A stretch of DNA of 64,000 nt from Candidatus Levyibacteriota bacterium (GCA_963716145.1 OY970292.1:140104-204103), one strand, 5' to 3'; counted from the first letter of the stretch, positions 52,639 through 62,516 are shown. Translations and numbers: made by a program. The notes: a model not told the origin generated them from the letters alone.

Positions 52639-54324
52639 ATGTTAATATCAGATGAACAGCTAAAAAAAGTCGTACTGAAAGTCAATCTGCTTGATGAAAA
52701 AAAACTCACCCAGATTGAAGAGTACGCCAAGTCTGCTGAGATCAGCCTAAGTGACGCACTCATAGAAAAGGACATAGTATCGGATGAAAATTTGGGTATT
52801 CTGGTTGCTGATTTTCTAAAAATTCCGTTTATAGTTCTCTCCAAAATTTCAATTCCCGAAGATGTTTTCAAAATTATTCCTGAGAGGATAGCCCGTAAAT
52901 ACAAAGCAATTCCTTTTGCCCGGGATAAAAACGGAATAAAGCTGGCAATGACAGAGCCTGGAAACAAATTAATCCAGGAGATGCTGGAGCGTAAAACTTC
53001 ACAAAAAATTATACCTTATCTCTCAACTGAGCGTGATATTTTCGGTAAGCTTTGGATTTTTCGTAAAGATCTACAAAAGAGCTTTGATTCTTTGGTCGCC
53101 GAACAGTTAAAATCCGTGGGTAATAAGACATCTGCTCCAATCCCGATTGCAAAAATAGTTGATCTTATAATCAAATATGCTTATCAAGATTTGACATCGG
53201 ATATTCACATAGAGCCTGAGGAAAAAGGTACCTTGGTGAGGTTTAGAATAGATGGAATACTGCATGATGTCTTATCTCTTCCAAGTCATCTCCATGACCA
53301 AATTGTTACCAGAATAAAAGTGCTTTCGAATCTCAGAACAGATGAGCACATGGCACCCCAAGATGGAAAGATGAGGGTCGAACTGGAAGAGGAAAATCTT
53401 GACATCAGAGTTTCGCTTCTTCCCATCGTGTATGGTGAAAAAGTTGTTATGAGGCTTTTGGCTTCACATTTCAGACAATTTTCGCTGGTTGATTTGGGAA
53501 TGAGCGAAGGCGATTTGAAAAAAGTTACAAACGCGTTCACAAAATCATTTGGAATGGTCCTTTCGACAGGACCAACCGGGTCAGGTAAGACAACATCAAT
53601 TTATTCGGTACTCAAAATTATTAATTCGCGAGACAAAAATATAACAACAATTGAAGACCCGGTTGAATACCGGATGAAGGGTGTTAATCAAATTCAGACA
53701 AACGCCCGGGCAGAGCTCACATTTGCTTCTGGACTTCGTTCTATCTTGAGACAAGACCCCAATGTTATTTTTGTCGGAGAAATCAGGGACTCTGAAACTG
53801 CGGGAATTGCCGTTAACGCTGCTTTAACAGGCCATTTAGTTCTCTCAACTTTACATACAAATGACGCTGCAGGTACTTTGCCAAGACTAACCGATATGAG
53901 CGTTGAACCTTTTTTGGTTGCTTCAACTGTAAACGTGATCATAGCGCAAAGACTGATACGCAAAATTTGTGAAATGTGCAAAGGGTCAATTGATATAAAA
54001 GCGGACGAACTTTTGCGAAATTTACCAACTGATGTTGTAAGAAAGCATTTTGGGCAAAAGGATACTTTCCGAGTTTATAAGGGGCAAGGTTGTGCTGTTT
54101 GTCATTCAACCGGATATGCGGGAAGAATTGGTATTTTTGAGGTTCTTGAGGTAAGCGCTGAGATAAAAAAGTTAATTAATCAAAAAAATGACTCCGATGT
54201 AATTCTTGCACAAGCAGTAAAAGATGGAATGATTACAATGCTTGATGATGGTTTAATAAAGGTTATTAAAGGATTAACAACTATTGAGGAAGTTTTGCGC
54301 GTTACCAAAGTCGAAACAATGTAA
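52639..54324 (+). CDS. pilB: Type IV pilus assembly ATPase (PilB/GspE)
   Basis: SDIHIEP, GPTGSGKTT, TIEDPVE, LRQDPN, GEIRD, TGHLVLSTLH, zinc CxxC pairs. Confidence 0.95.
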   Translation: MLISDEQLKKVVLKVNLLDEKKLTQIEEYAKSAEISLSDALIEKDIVSDENLGILVADFLKIPFIVLSKISIPEDVFKIIPERIARKYKAIPFARDKNGIKLAMTEPGNKLIQEMLERKTSQKIIPYLSTERDIFGKLWIFRKDLQKSFDSLVAEQLKSVGNKTSAPIPIAKIVDLIIKYAYQDLTSDIHIEPEEKGTLVRFRIDGILHDVLSLPSHLHDQIVTRIKVLSNLRTDEHMAPQDGKMRVELEEENLDIRVSLLPIVYGEKVVMRLLASHFRQFSLVDLGMSEGDLKKVTNAFTKSFGMVLSTGPTGSGKTTSIYSVLKIINSRDKNITTIEDPVEYRMKGVNQIQTNARAELTFASGLRSILRQDPNVIFVGEIRDSETAGIAVNAALTGHLVLSTLHTNDAAGTLPRLTDMSVEPFLVASTVNVIIAQRLIRKICEMCKGSIDIKADELLRNLPTDVVRKHFGQKDTFRVYKGQGCAVCHSTGYAGRIGIFEVLEVSAEIKKLINQKNDSDVILAQAVKDGMITMLDDGLIKVIKGLTTIEEVLRVTKVETM

Positions 54325-54339
54325 TGAACTTAATAAATT

Positions 54340-55395
54340 ATGGGTAGTATAAAAAATCTATCGCTTTCCAGTAAGGATAAGATAGGTTTGATAAGCAATA
54401 TGTATACCATGCTTTCAGCAGGAATTCCAATTCTGGAAACTGTTGATTCCTTGCTTGAGGACGCGAAAGGTAACGCGAGAAAGCTTCTTTTAGTCCTTCG
54501 TGCCGATCTGGTCGAGGGGCAGCATGTCGCGGTTACTTTTGCAAAGTTCCCTAGAATATTTGATAAAGTAACTGTGAATATTATAAAAGCCTCCGAGGAG
54601 GCAGGAACGCTGGACGCAACTCTTAAAGACATTAAAGAGAATATAAAAAGGGATGTAGAATTTAATAATAAAATAAAAGGCGCTCTTATTTACCCTTTGT
54701 TTATAATGGGTGTTTTTGGGGCTGTTTTGATAATGATTCTTGTAGTTGTGGTTCCCAAAATTTCAACGGTTTTTTTACGCATGAATGTTCCCCTGCCGAT
54801 GCCGACACAAGTGATGATTTTTATGTCAAATGCGCTTATAAATAACACGATCCCTGTGATTTTGGGCGGAGGGTTGTCGATTTTTACTTTAGTGTATTTA
54901 TACAAAAGAAATAAAAGACTCTTTATTTCAGCTCTTATCTCTCTTCCGCTTATTTCGACTATGGCTCGAAAAGTGGATCTGACCCGGTTTACCAGAAGTC
55001 TTTATTTACTTTTGGGAGCAGGTATACCAATTACGTCTGCTTTGGAATTAACTCAAGAGGTAGTTGCTAAAAAGGACATGCAAATAGCCATAAGGCATGC
55101 TAAGGACACTGTTTTTGCAGGAAAAAAATTATCTCAGGGCCTTAAGGACAATAAGCAGATAATCCCTCCTATTATGATTAAAATTATTGAAGCAGGAGAG
55201 AGGACCGGAACTCTTGATAAGTCAATGCAGGACGTTGCTGAATATTTGGATTATGAAGTATCCAATTCTCTTAAAACTTTGACCGCGCTTATTGAGCCGT
55301 TGCTTTTGGTAGTTGTTGGGGTAATGGTTGGAGGAATGATGATGGCAATTATAAGTCCAATTTATGGACTGGTCGGACAGATTGGTGGAAATTAA
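54340..55395 (+). CDS. pilC: Type IV pilus platform protein (PilC/GspF)
   Basis: MLSAGIPI, EEAGTL, ALIYP, GERTGTL, LIEP. Confidence 0.93.
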   Translation: MGSIKNLSLSSKDKIGLISNMYTMLSAGIPILETVDSLLEDAKGNARKLLLVLRADLVEGQHVAVTFAKFPRIFDKVTVNIIKASEEAGTLDATLKDIKENIKRDVEFNNKIKGALIYPLFIMGVFGAVLIMILVVVVPKISTVFLRMNVPLPMPTQVMIFMSNALINNTIPVILGGGLSIFTLVYLYKRNKRLFISALISLPLISTMARKVDLTRFTRSLYLLLGAGIPITSALELTQEVVAKKDMQIAIRHAKDTVFAGKKLSQGLKDNKQIIPPIMIKIIEAGERTGTLDKSMQDVAEYLDYEVSNSLKTLTALIEPLLLVVVGVMVGGMMMAIISPIYGLVGQIGGN

Positions 55396-55396
55396 A

Positions 55397-55873
55397 ATGC
55401 AAAAATTTAAAATTTCAAATGGATTTACTCTTATCGAGCTTATACTTGTCATGGGAATTTTTTCAGTACTTGTGGCTATTTCTACAATAAGTTTGGTAAA
55501 TATTCAGCATAAAACTTCACTTTCCGCAAATGTAAGCATTTTCAATGCTGATTTGAAGCAGCAGCAGTTGAAGGCAATGGTTGGAGAAGGTGATAGCGCC
55601 ACCACAACAATATACAAACGTGGAATTTATATGCAAGCATCTAATTATACTTTGTTTCGCGGATCGAGCTATGTTGCTGGAGATGCAAATAATTTTTCAG
55701 TATCGCTGTCTCCCAATACGCAGTTTACTGCTCCGAACACATCAATTATCTTTGAAAAAGGAAGCGGCGATGTTACAGGGGGCGCAACTGCAATTGTTTT
55801 GAGGGATACGCTGGATAATAGTCAAAAGACAATAAGCGTCAATAAGTATGGTGTGGTGACGGGGATTAATTAA
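55397..55873 (+). CDS. Minor pilin (FimU/GspH-like)
   Basis: Class III signal G|FTLIEL plus hydrophobic helix; start ATG 55397. Confidence 0.88.
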   Translation: MQKFKISNGFTLIELILVMGIFSVLVAISTISLVNIQHKTSLSANVSIFNADLKQQQLKAMVGEGDSATTTIYKRGIYMQASNYTLFRGSSYVAGDANNFSVSLSPNTQFTAPNTSIIFEKGSGDVTGGATAIVLRDTLDNSQKTISVNKYGVVTGIN

Positions 55874-55920
55874 TTTTCAATTTGAAATTTACAATTTTCA
55901 ATGAAATCACAATTTTCAAT
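55872..55920. repeat. Half copy (left arm) of the 108-bp element
   Basis: 55872-55913 matches 31731-31772 at 41 of 42 positions by hand comparison. Confidence 0.85.
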
Positions 55921-55930
55921 TATTAAAAAA

Positions 55931-57916
55931 ATGAAGGGACAAACTCTAGTTGAGTTGATTCTTGTAATGGGCATGGCGGCAATTATATTACCTGCGCTTT
56001 TGACAGGGTTTGTTGCGTCTAGAAATGGTAAGCCTCAGCAGCAGCAGCGTCTGCAGGCTGTAACAGTTCTCAAAGAATCTGAAGCAGCCGTCAGAAATAT
56101 AAGAAATTCCAACTGGGCAGCCTTTGCTACAAATGGAACGTATCACACTCAGATTTCCGGAACGCAGTGGGGTCTTGTGTCCGGATCATCAACAAACACA
56201 GATGGAATCAAGCAGGAAGTAATAATAACTGACGTAAAACGAGATGCCACTGGTGCAATTATCACAACAGGCGGGACTATCGACTCTTCGACAAAAAAAG
56301 TAACTATAACTATCTCATGGACCAAACCATCAACCTCTTCAATCTCTTCTGATATGTATGTTACAAATAGAAAAAATTTGACGCAAACCCAAACGCTCGC
56401 GGTAGATTTCAATGGTGGAACCAAAAGTTCAACAGTTGTCACAAACACCGCCGGCGGTGAGGTCGCTCTTGCTCAGTCTGTGGGTGCGGCAGATTGGTGC
56501 AGTCCTCAAAGCTCCATAGTTACCCAGTTGTCTCTTCCCAAAAAAGGCAATTCTATAATTGCTCCATCTTCTGCTGCATATATAGGTACGGGAGACGGAA
56601 CAGCAGGTGTGTCTTTTGTTAACGTTGGGGTTAATTATGCTATTCCCCCAAACCCCCCCACAGCTTCAGTTGTAGCATCGTATTCGGGAAATTATCAAAC
56701 TAACGCTGTCTATAGTGACGGAACTTATGCTTTTCTTGCGATCAATGGAAGTGCCCAGCAGGTCAGGATTTTAAATATATCGGCCCAGCCCTATACTGAA
56801 ATTGGAACAATTACAGTTCCTGGTGGCGTAAATGCCAACGGAGTTTACGTTTCCGGTGATATTGCCTATGTAACCAGCGGTGATAAATTATATAAATTTG
56901 ATGTGTCCAGCAAAGTCGGTTCACACACCACAGTTCTTGACCAAACTGATATGTGGCTCAACATTGGGGAGTCTCCTATTGCAAAGCAAGTTATGGTTGT
57001 TGGGAGTAAGGTATATGTAGGAACGGGTAACACGCTATTTGGGCTTCAGGTATTTAGGACATCAGATTTAAAGGTAGTTGGAGTCTCAAATCTTACCTGG
57101 GGTCAATCCGCACAAGGTCTATATGTCAATGCTGCGGGGACCAGGGGCTACATAGCTTTTAATAATGGAGGATTTTTTTCAAAAGGATTTTTTATAGTTG
57201 ACACCTCACCTCCTGATCCTTCCGGCTGGTGGGCTTTTCTTCCCAATTTTTACAATATCATAGGTACTTATAATTCCGGAACAACTGATCCGCGTAGCAT
57301 GGCAATAGCACCAGGTACAAGTAATAAGGCGCTCATTGGAGGAATAGGGGGTACATATGAGTATCAAGTTATCAACATAGCCAATGAAAGTAATCCTGTT
57401 TTTTGTGGAGGCCTTGATATTCCTAATGGTGTTACAGGAATTGCCGGAGCCAACGATTCATATAGCAATGTATTCTCCTACCTTTTGACAGGGGATACAA
57501 CCAATCAATTTAGGATCATTCAGGGAGGGGCAGGGGGAGGGGGAGGTGGATATGCGGCCTCAGGAACATTTGCTTCAAGCCTAATTGACGTGGGTTCATC
57601 AGCAGTATTTAATAGATTTGTGGCGACAGTAAACCAGCAAACTAATACAACCATTAAGATGCAAGTCGGCGTAGCGCCAGTTGGCGGAAGCGGCAATTGT
57701 ACAAGCGCTAGCTTTACCTATGTGGGACCTGACGGTAGTACCGCTTCATATTTTAATCCCACAGGTACTTCTATCGCCGGAACAATTCCGCTTGGCAATT
57801 ACGTCCCCAGTTATCAAAATCCTGCTCGTTGTTTTAGTTACAAAGCATATCTTACAAGTTCTGACACAACCAAGACATCTAAGTTGGAGGATGTAGTTGT
57901 TAATTATTCACCATGA
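55931..57916 (+). CDS. Large pilin-like protein with a beta-rich (LVIVD/propeller-like) domain, probable tip adhesin
   Basis: MKG|QTLVEL class III signal; repeats VRILNIS, LYKFDVS, FFIVDTS, YQVINIA; Gly linker; ATG 55931 preferred over the repeat-derived ATG 55901. Confidence 0.75.
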   Translation: MKGQTLVELILVMGMAAIILPALLTGFVASRNGKPQQQQRLQAVTVLKESEAAVRNIRNSNWAAFATNGTYHTQISGTQWGLVSGSSTNTDGIKQEVIITDVKRDATGAIITTGGTIDSSTKKVTITISWTKPSTSSISSDMYVTNRKNLTQTQTLAVDFNGGTKSSTVVTNTAGGEVALAQSVGAADWCSPQSSIVTQLSLPKKGNSIIAPSSAAYIGTGDGTAGVSFVNVGVNYAIPPNPPTASVVASYSGNYQTNAVYSDGTYAFLAINGSAQQVRILNISAQPYTEIGTITVPGGVNANGVYVSGDIAYVTSGDKLYKFDVSSKVGSHTTVLDQTDMWLNIGESPIAKQVMVVGSKVYVGTGNTLFGLQVFRTSDLKVVGVSNLTWGQSAQGLYVNAAGTRGYIAFNNGGFFSKGFFIVDTSPPDPSGWWAFLPNFYNIIGTYNSGTTDPRSMAIAPGTSNKALIGGIGGTYEYQVINIANESNPVFCGGLDIPNGVTGIAGANDSYSNVFSYLLTGDTTNQFRIIQGGAGGGGGGYAASGTFASSLIDVGSSAVFNRFVATVNQQTNTTIKMQVGVAPVGGSGNCTSASFTYVGPDGSTASYFNPTGTSIAGTIPLGNYVPSYQNPARCFSYKAYLTSSDTTKTSKLEDVVVNYSP

Positions 57917-58856
57917 ATAGCGAATTAAGAAAAGAAAAATTATTAAGTTTTGTTAAAGCGCAGTGGAAGCTTCTTGCACTGGGAGGACTTATTCTGATTA
58001 GCTTGGTAGTAACTTTGGTAATACCAGCCGGAAATAAGACAGCGCAAGTCACACCCGGGACAAACATTAACAATGGAGTTGGTAGTGCGCCCAACAATAA
58101 TACGCCTACAAAAAAACCATTTAATCCCTTTGGATTTCTGCAAAATTCTCAAGATAAAGATAAATCAAATACAAAAAATCAGACAGATACAAGCCTCAAA
58201 AACATTAATAGCGGTAATACTAATGCTCCGATTCCATCAGTTATTACAAAAATCGCATCAAATGGAAGCAAAACGACACAGCCACTCAGCTCGGGAAGCA
58301 CAACGCAGACCACGCAGGGAACAATAAGTTCAGATGGAAGTATTCAGACTGGAGTAGACAGTAATACCCAGCCTGATGGAATAGCAGTTGTTTTTGACAA
58401 TGGAGATGGAACAACGACCACGTACGTTCCGCCCGGTACTCCGCCGGATGAGGTGAGATGGGGCAGATATACCAACAATACCAGCAAATACGCAATCAAT
58501 TTTCCATCAAACTGGCAGTACTTCTATTCAATAGATGCAAATGGATACGAGGGCACAGCCCTTTATCCTCCGGGCGTGGATCCAATGACAAGAATTCTCC
58601 ATTTATCGGTTTTGGCATGTCATCTGCTTTCTTAATGCCTGCTGCCTCAGACGCCACGGGCTCGCTGATCACTCCCCTCACTGTTGACGGGCTTTCGGGT
58701 AATTTGTATACCAAGGGGCCACTGGGAAATAGTTATATTGCGTCAGTACTCCAGTATTCCGGTAATTATTTTGGGTTGGGTGCAAGCAAAAGCGATGCGA
58801 CATTTGCTTACGTATATTATTACATGCTGAATTCACTGGATTTTAACATCGAATAA
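57913..58856 (+). CDS. Membrane-anchored protein with N/T/S-rich linker and PsbP-like C-domain, frameshifted near 58584
   Basis: WGRYTNNTSKYAINFPSNW motif; adding one A to GATCCAATGAC joins the two ORFs as GVDPNDKNSPF. Confidence 0.6.
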
Positions 58857-58857
58857 A

Positions 58858-59349
58858 ATGACAAGACTCAAAGGTTTTACTCTCGTCGAATTAACAATGT
58901 CTATCGGAATTATGCTTCTGCTTATGTCTGTAATGACAGGAATTTTTGGGTCCATTGTTGACACGAGTCTTGATTCAAATGCGACATCAGGAGTAGATCA
59001 GGACGGAAGATATATTACTGCAAGGCTTGCATATGATATGCAGCGCGCAACGCAAATTGTCACCCCTGCCGTCCCGGGATCGACAACCAGCACAACACTT
59101 ACTGTGAAAATAAATTCTATAGACTATATATATAGTCTGAATGCAAATGGAGATTTGCAACTTACCGATAATTTGGGAGCCAATAATCTAAATAGCAATA
59201 CCACACAGGTTAGCAATCTAACCTTTCAAAGACTCGGAATCGGAGACACGACCGATACTGTGCAGGTAAAATTTCGGTTGACTAGTAGAATTAAGGAGAA
59301 TTCAGGTAATGAGACAAAATTGTTTCAAACAACACTTGGAATACAATGA
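58858..59349 (+). CDS. Minor pilin (PilW/GspJ-like)
   Basis: KG|FTLVEL signal, hydrophobic helix, RLAYDMQRA. Confidence 0.85.
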   Translation: MTRLKGFTLVELTMSIGIMLLLMSVMTGIFGSIVDTSLDSNATSGVDQDGRYITARLAYDMQRATQIVTPAVPGSTTSTTLTVKINSIDYIYSLNANGDLQLTDNLGANNLNSNTTQVSNLTFQRLGIGDTTDTVQVKFRLTSRIKENSGNETKLFQTTLGIQ

Positions 59350-59723
59350 GAGGACAAGCTTTAGTCACATTAATATTCTTTATGGTCTTTGCAACCGCTG
59401 TTACAACGGCGGCAGTGTTTGTTATCGCGACAAATTCCATAAGCGGAGCGAAATTTCAAGAAGGTACTGTTGCGTATCAAATAGCGCAAAGCGGGGCTGA
59501 CAATGCATTGGTTAGGCTTCTGCGTGACCCTTCCTATCCGGGAGAAACTTTGAGCGTGGGATCGGGGAGTGCTATAGTTACCATTACGGGAACAGGTACT
59601 ATTGCGGATCCATATATAATACTATCCAAAGGAAAGAAAGGTAATTTTACCAAACAGATACAAGTAACAGCACAGTATATCAATAGTCAAATGAGTGTAA
59701 TTTCGCAAAAGGAGCTATTTTAA
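59346..59723 (+). CDS. Minor pilin (PilX/GspK-like)
   Basis: RG|QALVTL without Glu5; AYQIAQSGADNAL. Confidence 0.8.
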   Translation: MRGQALVTLIFFMVFATAVTTAAVFVIATNSISGAKFQEGTVAYQIAQSGADNALVRLLRDPSYPGETLSVGSGSAIVTITGTGTIADPYIILSKGKKGNFTKQIQVTAQYINSQMSVISQKELF

Positions 59724-59724
59724 T

Positions 59725-60528
59725 ATGTCAGAAGCAGGTGTCATTTATTTACAAAAGGATAAATTTGATTTTTATACCCCTTTGCTTGGGAAAATTATTG
59801 AGTTCCGTTTTGTGCCGGAAATAGTTAAGGATCTGGATGTTATAAATCCTGAACTTTTTGAAGATCTCATAAAGCTGTTTATTGCCAATAACAAAATACC
59901 AGCGTGCGGCATTACTATGATATTAGCAGATAACGCGAGTTTTATAAAAGATTTTTTACTGACCGATATTCCCCCTCAGCTTCCGGAGCAGACACCTAAT
60001 CAGGAGAATAGCGTTGTGTCAATTCCACGCCTGACCCCTGAGGTTCTGAAAGAACAAGTAGGATTTTTCCTTGAACACGTTCCCTTTGATGATGTGGCCA
60101 GTGAAACATATTCGCTGAGCAACGGAACAAAGGTATGGGCTACAAACAGAGAACTTTACGAGACTATTGCCGGAGCGTTTGAAAAGCAAGGCTTTCAAAT
60201 TAAAGCTGTTTTGCCCGGTTTGGTATTTGAGGGAAACATAGGAAGCAAAGAGATTTTGGATATTGCGATGTCCAATATGGTCTTGCAGAAATTTGATTCA
60301 TTAAGGCAGCACAACTTATTAACAGAAAAACAAATAGAACCCCAGATAAAAGAGAATACGGAAAACAAACAGGTGAAAAAAAATGAAGTAGCACAAGAAA
60401 TAATTGATACAACAGATCAACCAAAACCCGGAACAAATAAAAAGAGATTAGTTCTTTTAGTAATAGTTTTTGTTTTACTTATTGGAGTATTGGTAGTTTT
60501 GTTTATTACCCAAAAACCGCTGGGATAG
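59725..60528 (+). CDS. Hypothetical protein with C-terminal TM anchor, possibly a degenerate PilM-like alignment component
   Basis: Operon position, FFLEHVPF segment, single C-terminal TM; function inferred only from context. Confidence 0.45.
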   Translation: MSEAGVIYLQKDKFDFYTPLLGKIIEFRFVPEIVKDLDVINPELFEDLIKLFIANNKIPACGITMILADNASFIKDFLLTDIPPQLPEQTPNQENSVVSIPRLTPEVLKEQVGFFLEHVPFDDVASETYSLSNGTKVWATNRELYETIAGAFEKQGFQIKAVLPGLVFEGNIGSKEILDIAMSNMVLQKFDSLRQHNLLTEKQIEPQIKENTENKQVKKNEVAQEIIDTTDQPKPGTNKKRLVLLVIVFVLLIGVLVVLFITQKPLG

Positions 60529-60653
60529 TATTATTTAGCCTCAAATTATATCATAGCTTTCGTATTCTTTTCTATTTTTGCTCTATTGACAAGTGCTATT
60601 TATTTATTCAATAATGATTACAGATCAAAATAAATTGATCCAAAAATAAAAAT

Positions 60654-61157
60654 ATGACTGCCCTAAAAATTAAAAAACTAAACAAAGGATTTACTCTCAT
60701 CGAGTTACTAGTTGTTATCGGAATCCTCGCAATCCTCTTAGCAATAACATTAGTTGCTATCAACCCGGCAAAACAAATCGGTCAAGCAAATGACACAAAG
60801 AGAAAAGCAGATGTGGGAGCAATTCTTAATGCAATTAGCCAATATCAGGCAAGCAACGCAGGAGCGCTTCCAGGCAATTTAACTGCTACTTGTACATCAG
60901 CAGCACCTTGTTGGATAAGTAATGTGGTAGCTGTAACTCCAAAGGTTAATATTTGTTCAGGAGCAACAGGTTTGGTTCCAGGGACTATAGCAGCTTTACC
61001 GGGAGATCCAACAATAGGAGTATTAACTCCAGTAACTGATTGCACAACGCTATATGATACAAAATACCAAGTATATCTTACAGGCGGTACAGATAACAGA
61101 GTAACTGTACAGACTACAACAACATACTCAGGAACTGCAATAACAGCAACTAGATAA
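60654..61157 (+). CDS. Major type IV pilin paralog 1
   Basis: KG|FTLIELLVVIGIL...AINP; own TTGACA promoter at 60586. Confidence 0.92.
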   Translation: MTALKIKKLNKGFTLIELLVVIGILAILLAITLVAINPAKQIGQANDTKRKADVGAILNAISQYQASNAGALPGNLTATCTSAAPCWISNVVAVTPKVNICSGATGLVPGTIAALPGDPTIGVLTPVTDCTTLYDTKYQVYLTGGTDNRVTVQTTTTYSGTAITATR

Positions 61158-61318
61158 AGTCTTCAATGGGTTTTAAAAAACTAAACAAAGGATTTACTCT
61201 CATCGAGTTACTAGTTGTTATCGGAATCCTCGCAATCCTCTTAGCAATAACATTAGTTGCTATCAACCCGGCAAAACAAATCGGTCAAGCAAATGACACA
61301 AAGAGAAAAGCAGATGTG
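60670..61318 (+). repeat. 146-bp identical direct repeat (60670-60815 and 61173-61318)
   Basis: The 5' portions of pilins 1 and 2 read identically with a constant 503-nt offset. Confidence 0.92.
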
Positions 61319-61630
61319 AAAGTAATACTTGATGCTGTTGGCCAATACGTTGCGGGCCAAGGCGGACTGCTGCCTCTGGGGCTGGATGGTACCACCAAGC
61401 AAATTGCTGCTCCTGCCGGCCCGACAAGTGTTGATTTATGCTTCCAATTAGTTACTAGATATGTAGCTGCTTTTCCAGTTGACCCAAGTATTAATGGTGG
61501 TAAACCAATTAGTCCGTGCACAGGAACGTATAGCACAGGATACTATATAGTTGTGACAGGACCGGATAACAGAGTTAAAGTTACTGCTCCAAATGCCGAA
61601 ATGGGAATCCCTATTGAGGTAATCAGATAA
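61166..61630 (+). CDS. Major type IV pilin paralog 2
   Basis: Same N-terminus as paralog 1, divergent C-terminal domain. Confidence 0.92.
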   Translation: MGFKKLNKGFTLIELLVVIGILAILLAITLVAINPAKQIGQANDTKRKADVKVILDAVGQYVAGQGGLLPLGLDGTTKQIAAPAGPTSVDLCFQLVTRYVAAFPVDPSINGGKPISPCTGTYSTGYYIVVTGPDNRVKVTAPNAEMGIPIEVIR

Positions 61631-61637
61631 ATAGATT

Positions 61638-61877
61638 TTATTTTTTCTTTTTCTTTGAGGATTTCGTTTTGCTTGTCGTCTGGGCAGTGAGGTATAAAAG
61701 ACCGATAAGGAACCCACTGCCAACTATTGCGAATACAACATAGTTACGAAGAGCAGTAGGGTCATCAAGGAAGTAATCTTGGTTCTGATAAAACTTGTAA
61801 AAGATGACAGATACTATAGCAAAAACAAATAGTCCCACTAGGGCCTTCGCGCTGCTGAGAGAGTCATGCGTTTTCAT
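61638..61877 (-). CDS. Small two-TM membrane protein with Lys-rich tail
   Basis: Two hydrophobic helices and SSKKKKK; start ATG 61877 downstream of TATAAT. Confidence 0.65.
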   Translation of the reverse strand: MKTHDSLSSAKALVGLFVFAIVSVIFYKFYQNQDYFLDDPTALRNYVVFAIVGSGFLIGLLYLTAQTTSKTKSSKKKKK

Positions 61878-62012
61878 ATCTATATCTATTATATGAGCAA
61901 AAGAGTAGTTCATGTCAAGTGGCAAAATTATTTGTATAATTTTTTAGCTTTATCTTATTGACATAGTTACAATAGATTATTCATAATAGATATAGGTGCA
62001 GTATAATAAGTT

Positions 62013-62516
62013 ATGACTATCAAAAATAAAAAAATACAAAGCGGTTTCACGCTTATAGAGATCTTAGTTGTTATCGGTATTCTGACGGTACTCATTGCAA
62101 TTGCGCTGGTCGCTATCAACCCGGCAAAACAAATAGGCCAGGCAAATGACACAAAGAGAGCTTCGGATGTAAGGGCAATACTTGACGCAATAAATCACTA
62201 CACTGTAGATCCAGCTAATGGCGGTGCTCTTCCAACTGGTTTGTCGGCTGGGGCATGTCCCGTGCTTACGCCGTGTACTATATCAAACGATGCCACTGTT
62301 TCCCCCAGGGTTGACATATGTTCTTTGCTAGTAACAAAATACATGGCCGGTTTACCTCAAGATCCAAACTTTAATGGAGGAGCACCAATTAATTGTACGG
62401 GAACATATAATGCGCGTTACGTAGTTGGCGTAGGAGCCGCTCCGGATAATCGCATAACAGTCACTGCGCTTAATATCTATACTTACAAAGCAGCCGCAAT
62501 AATAGTAACAAGATAA
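62013..62516 (+). CDS. Major type IV pilin paralog 3
   Basis: SG|FTLIEILVVIGIL...AINPAKQIGQANDTKR; own TTGACA..CATAAT promoter at 61958. Confidence 0.92.
   Translation: MTIKNKKIQSGFTLIEILVVIGILTVLIAIALVAINPAKQIGQANDTKRASDVRAILDAINHYTVDPANGGALPTGLSAGACPVLTPCTISNDATVSPRVDICSLLVTKYMAGLPQDPNFNGGAPINCTGTYNARYVVGVGAAPDNRITVTALNIYTYKAAAIIVTR

Noticed and set aside
60670-61318. Pilin repeat as a DGR template/variable repeat pair
   Set aside because: The copies are identical rather than differing at adenines, cover the conserved N-terminus, and no reverse transcriptase is in the window.
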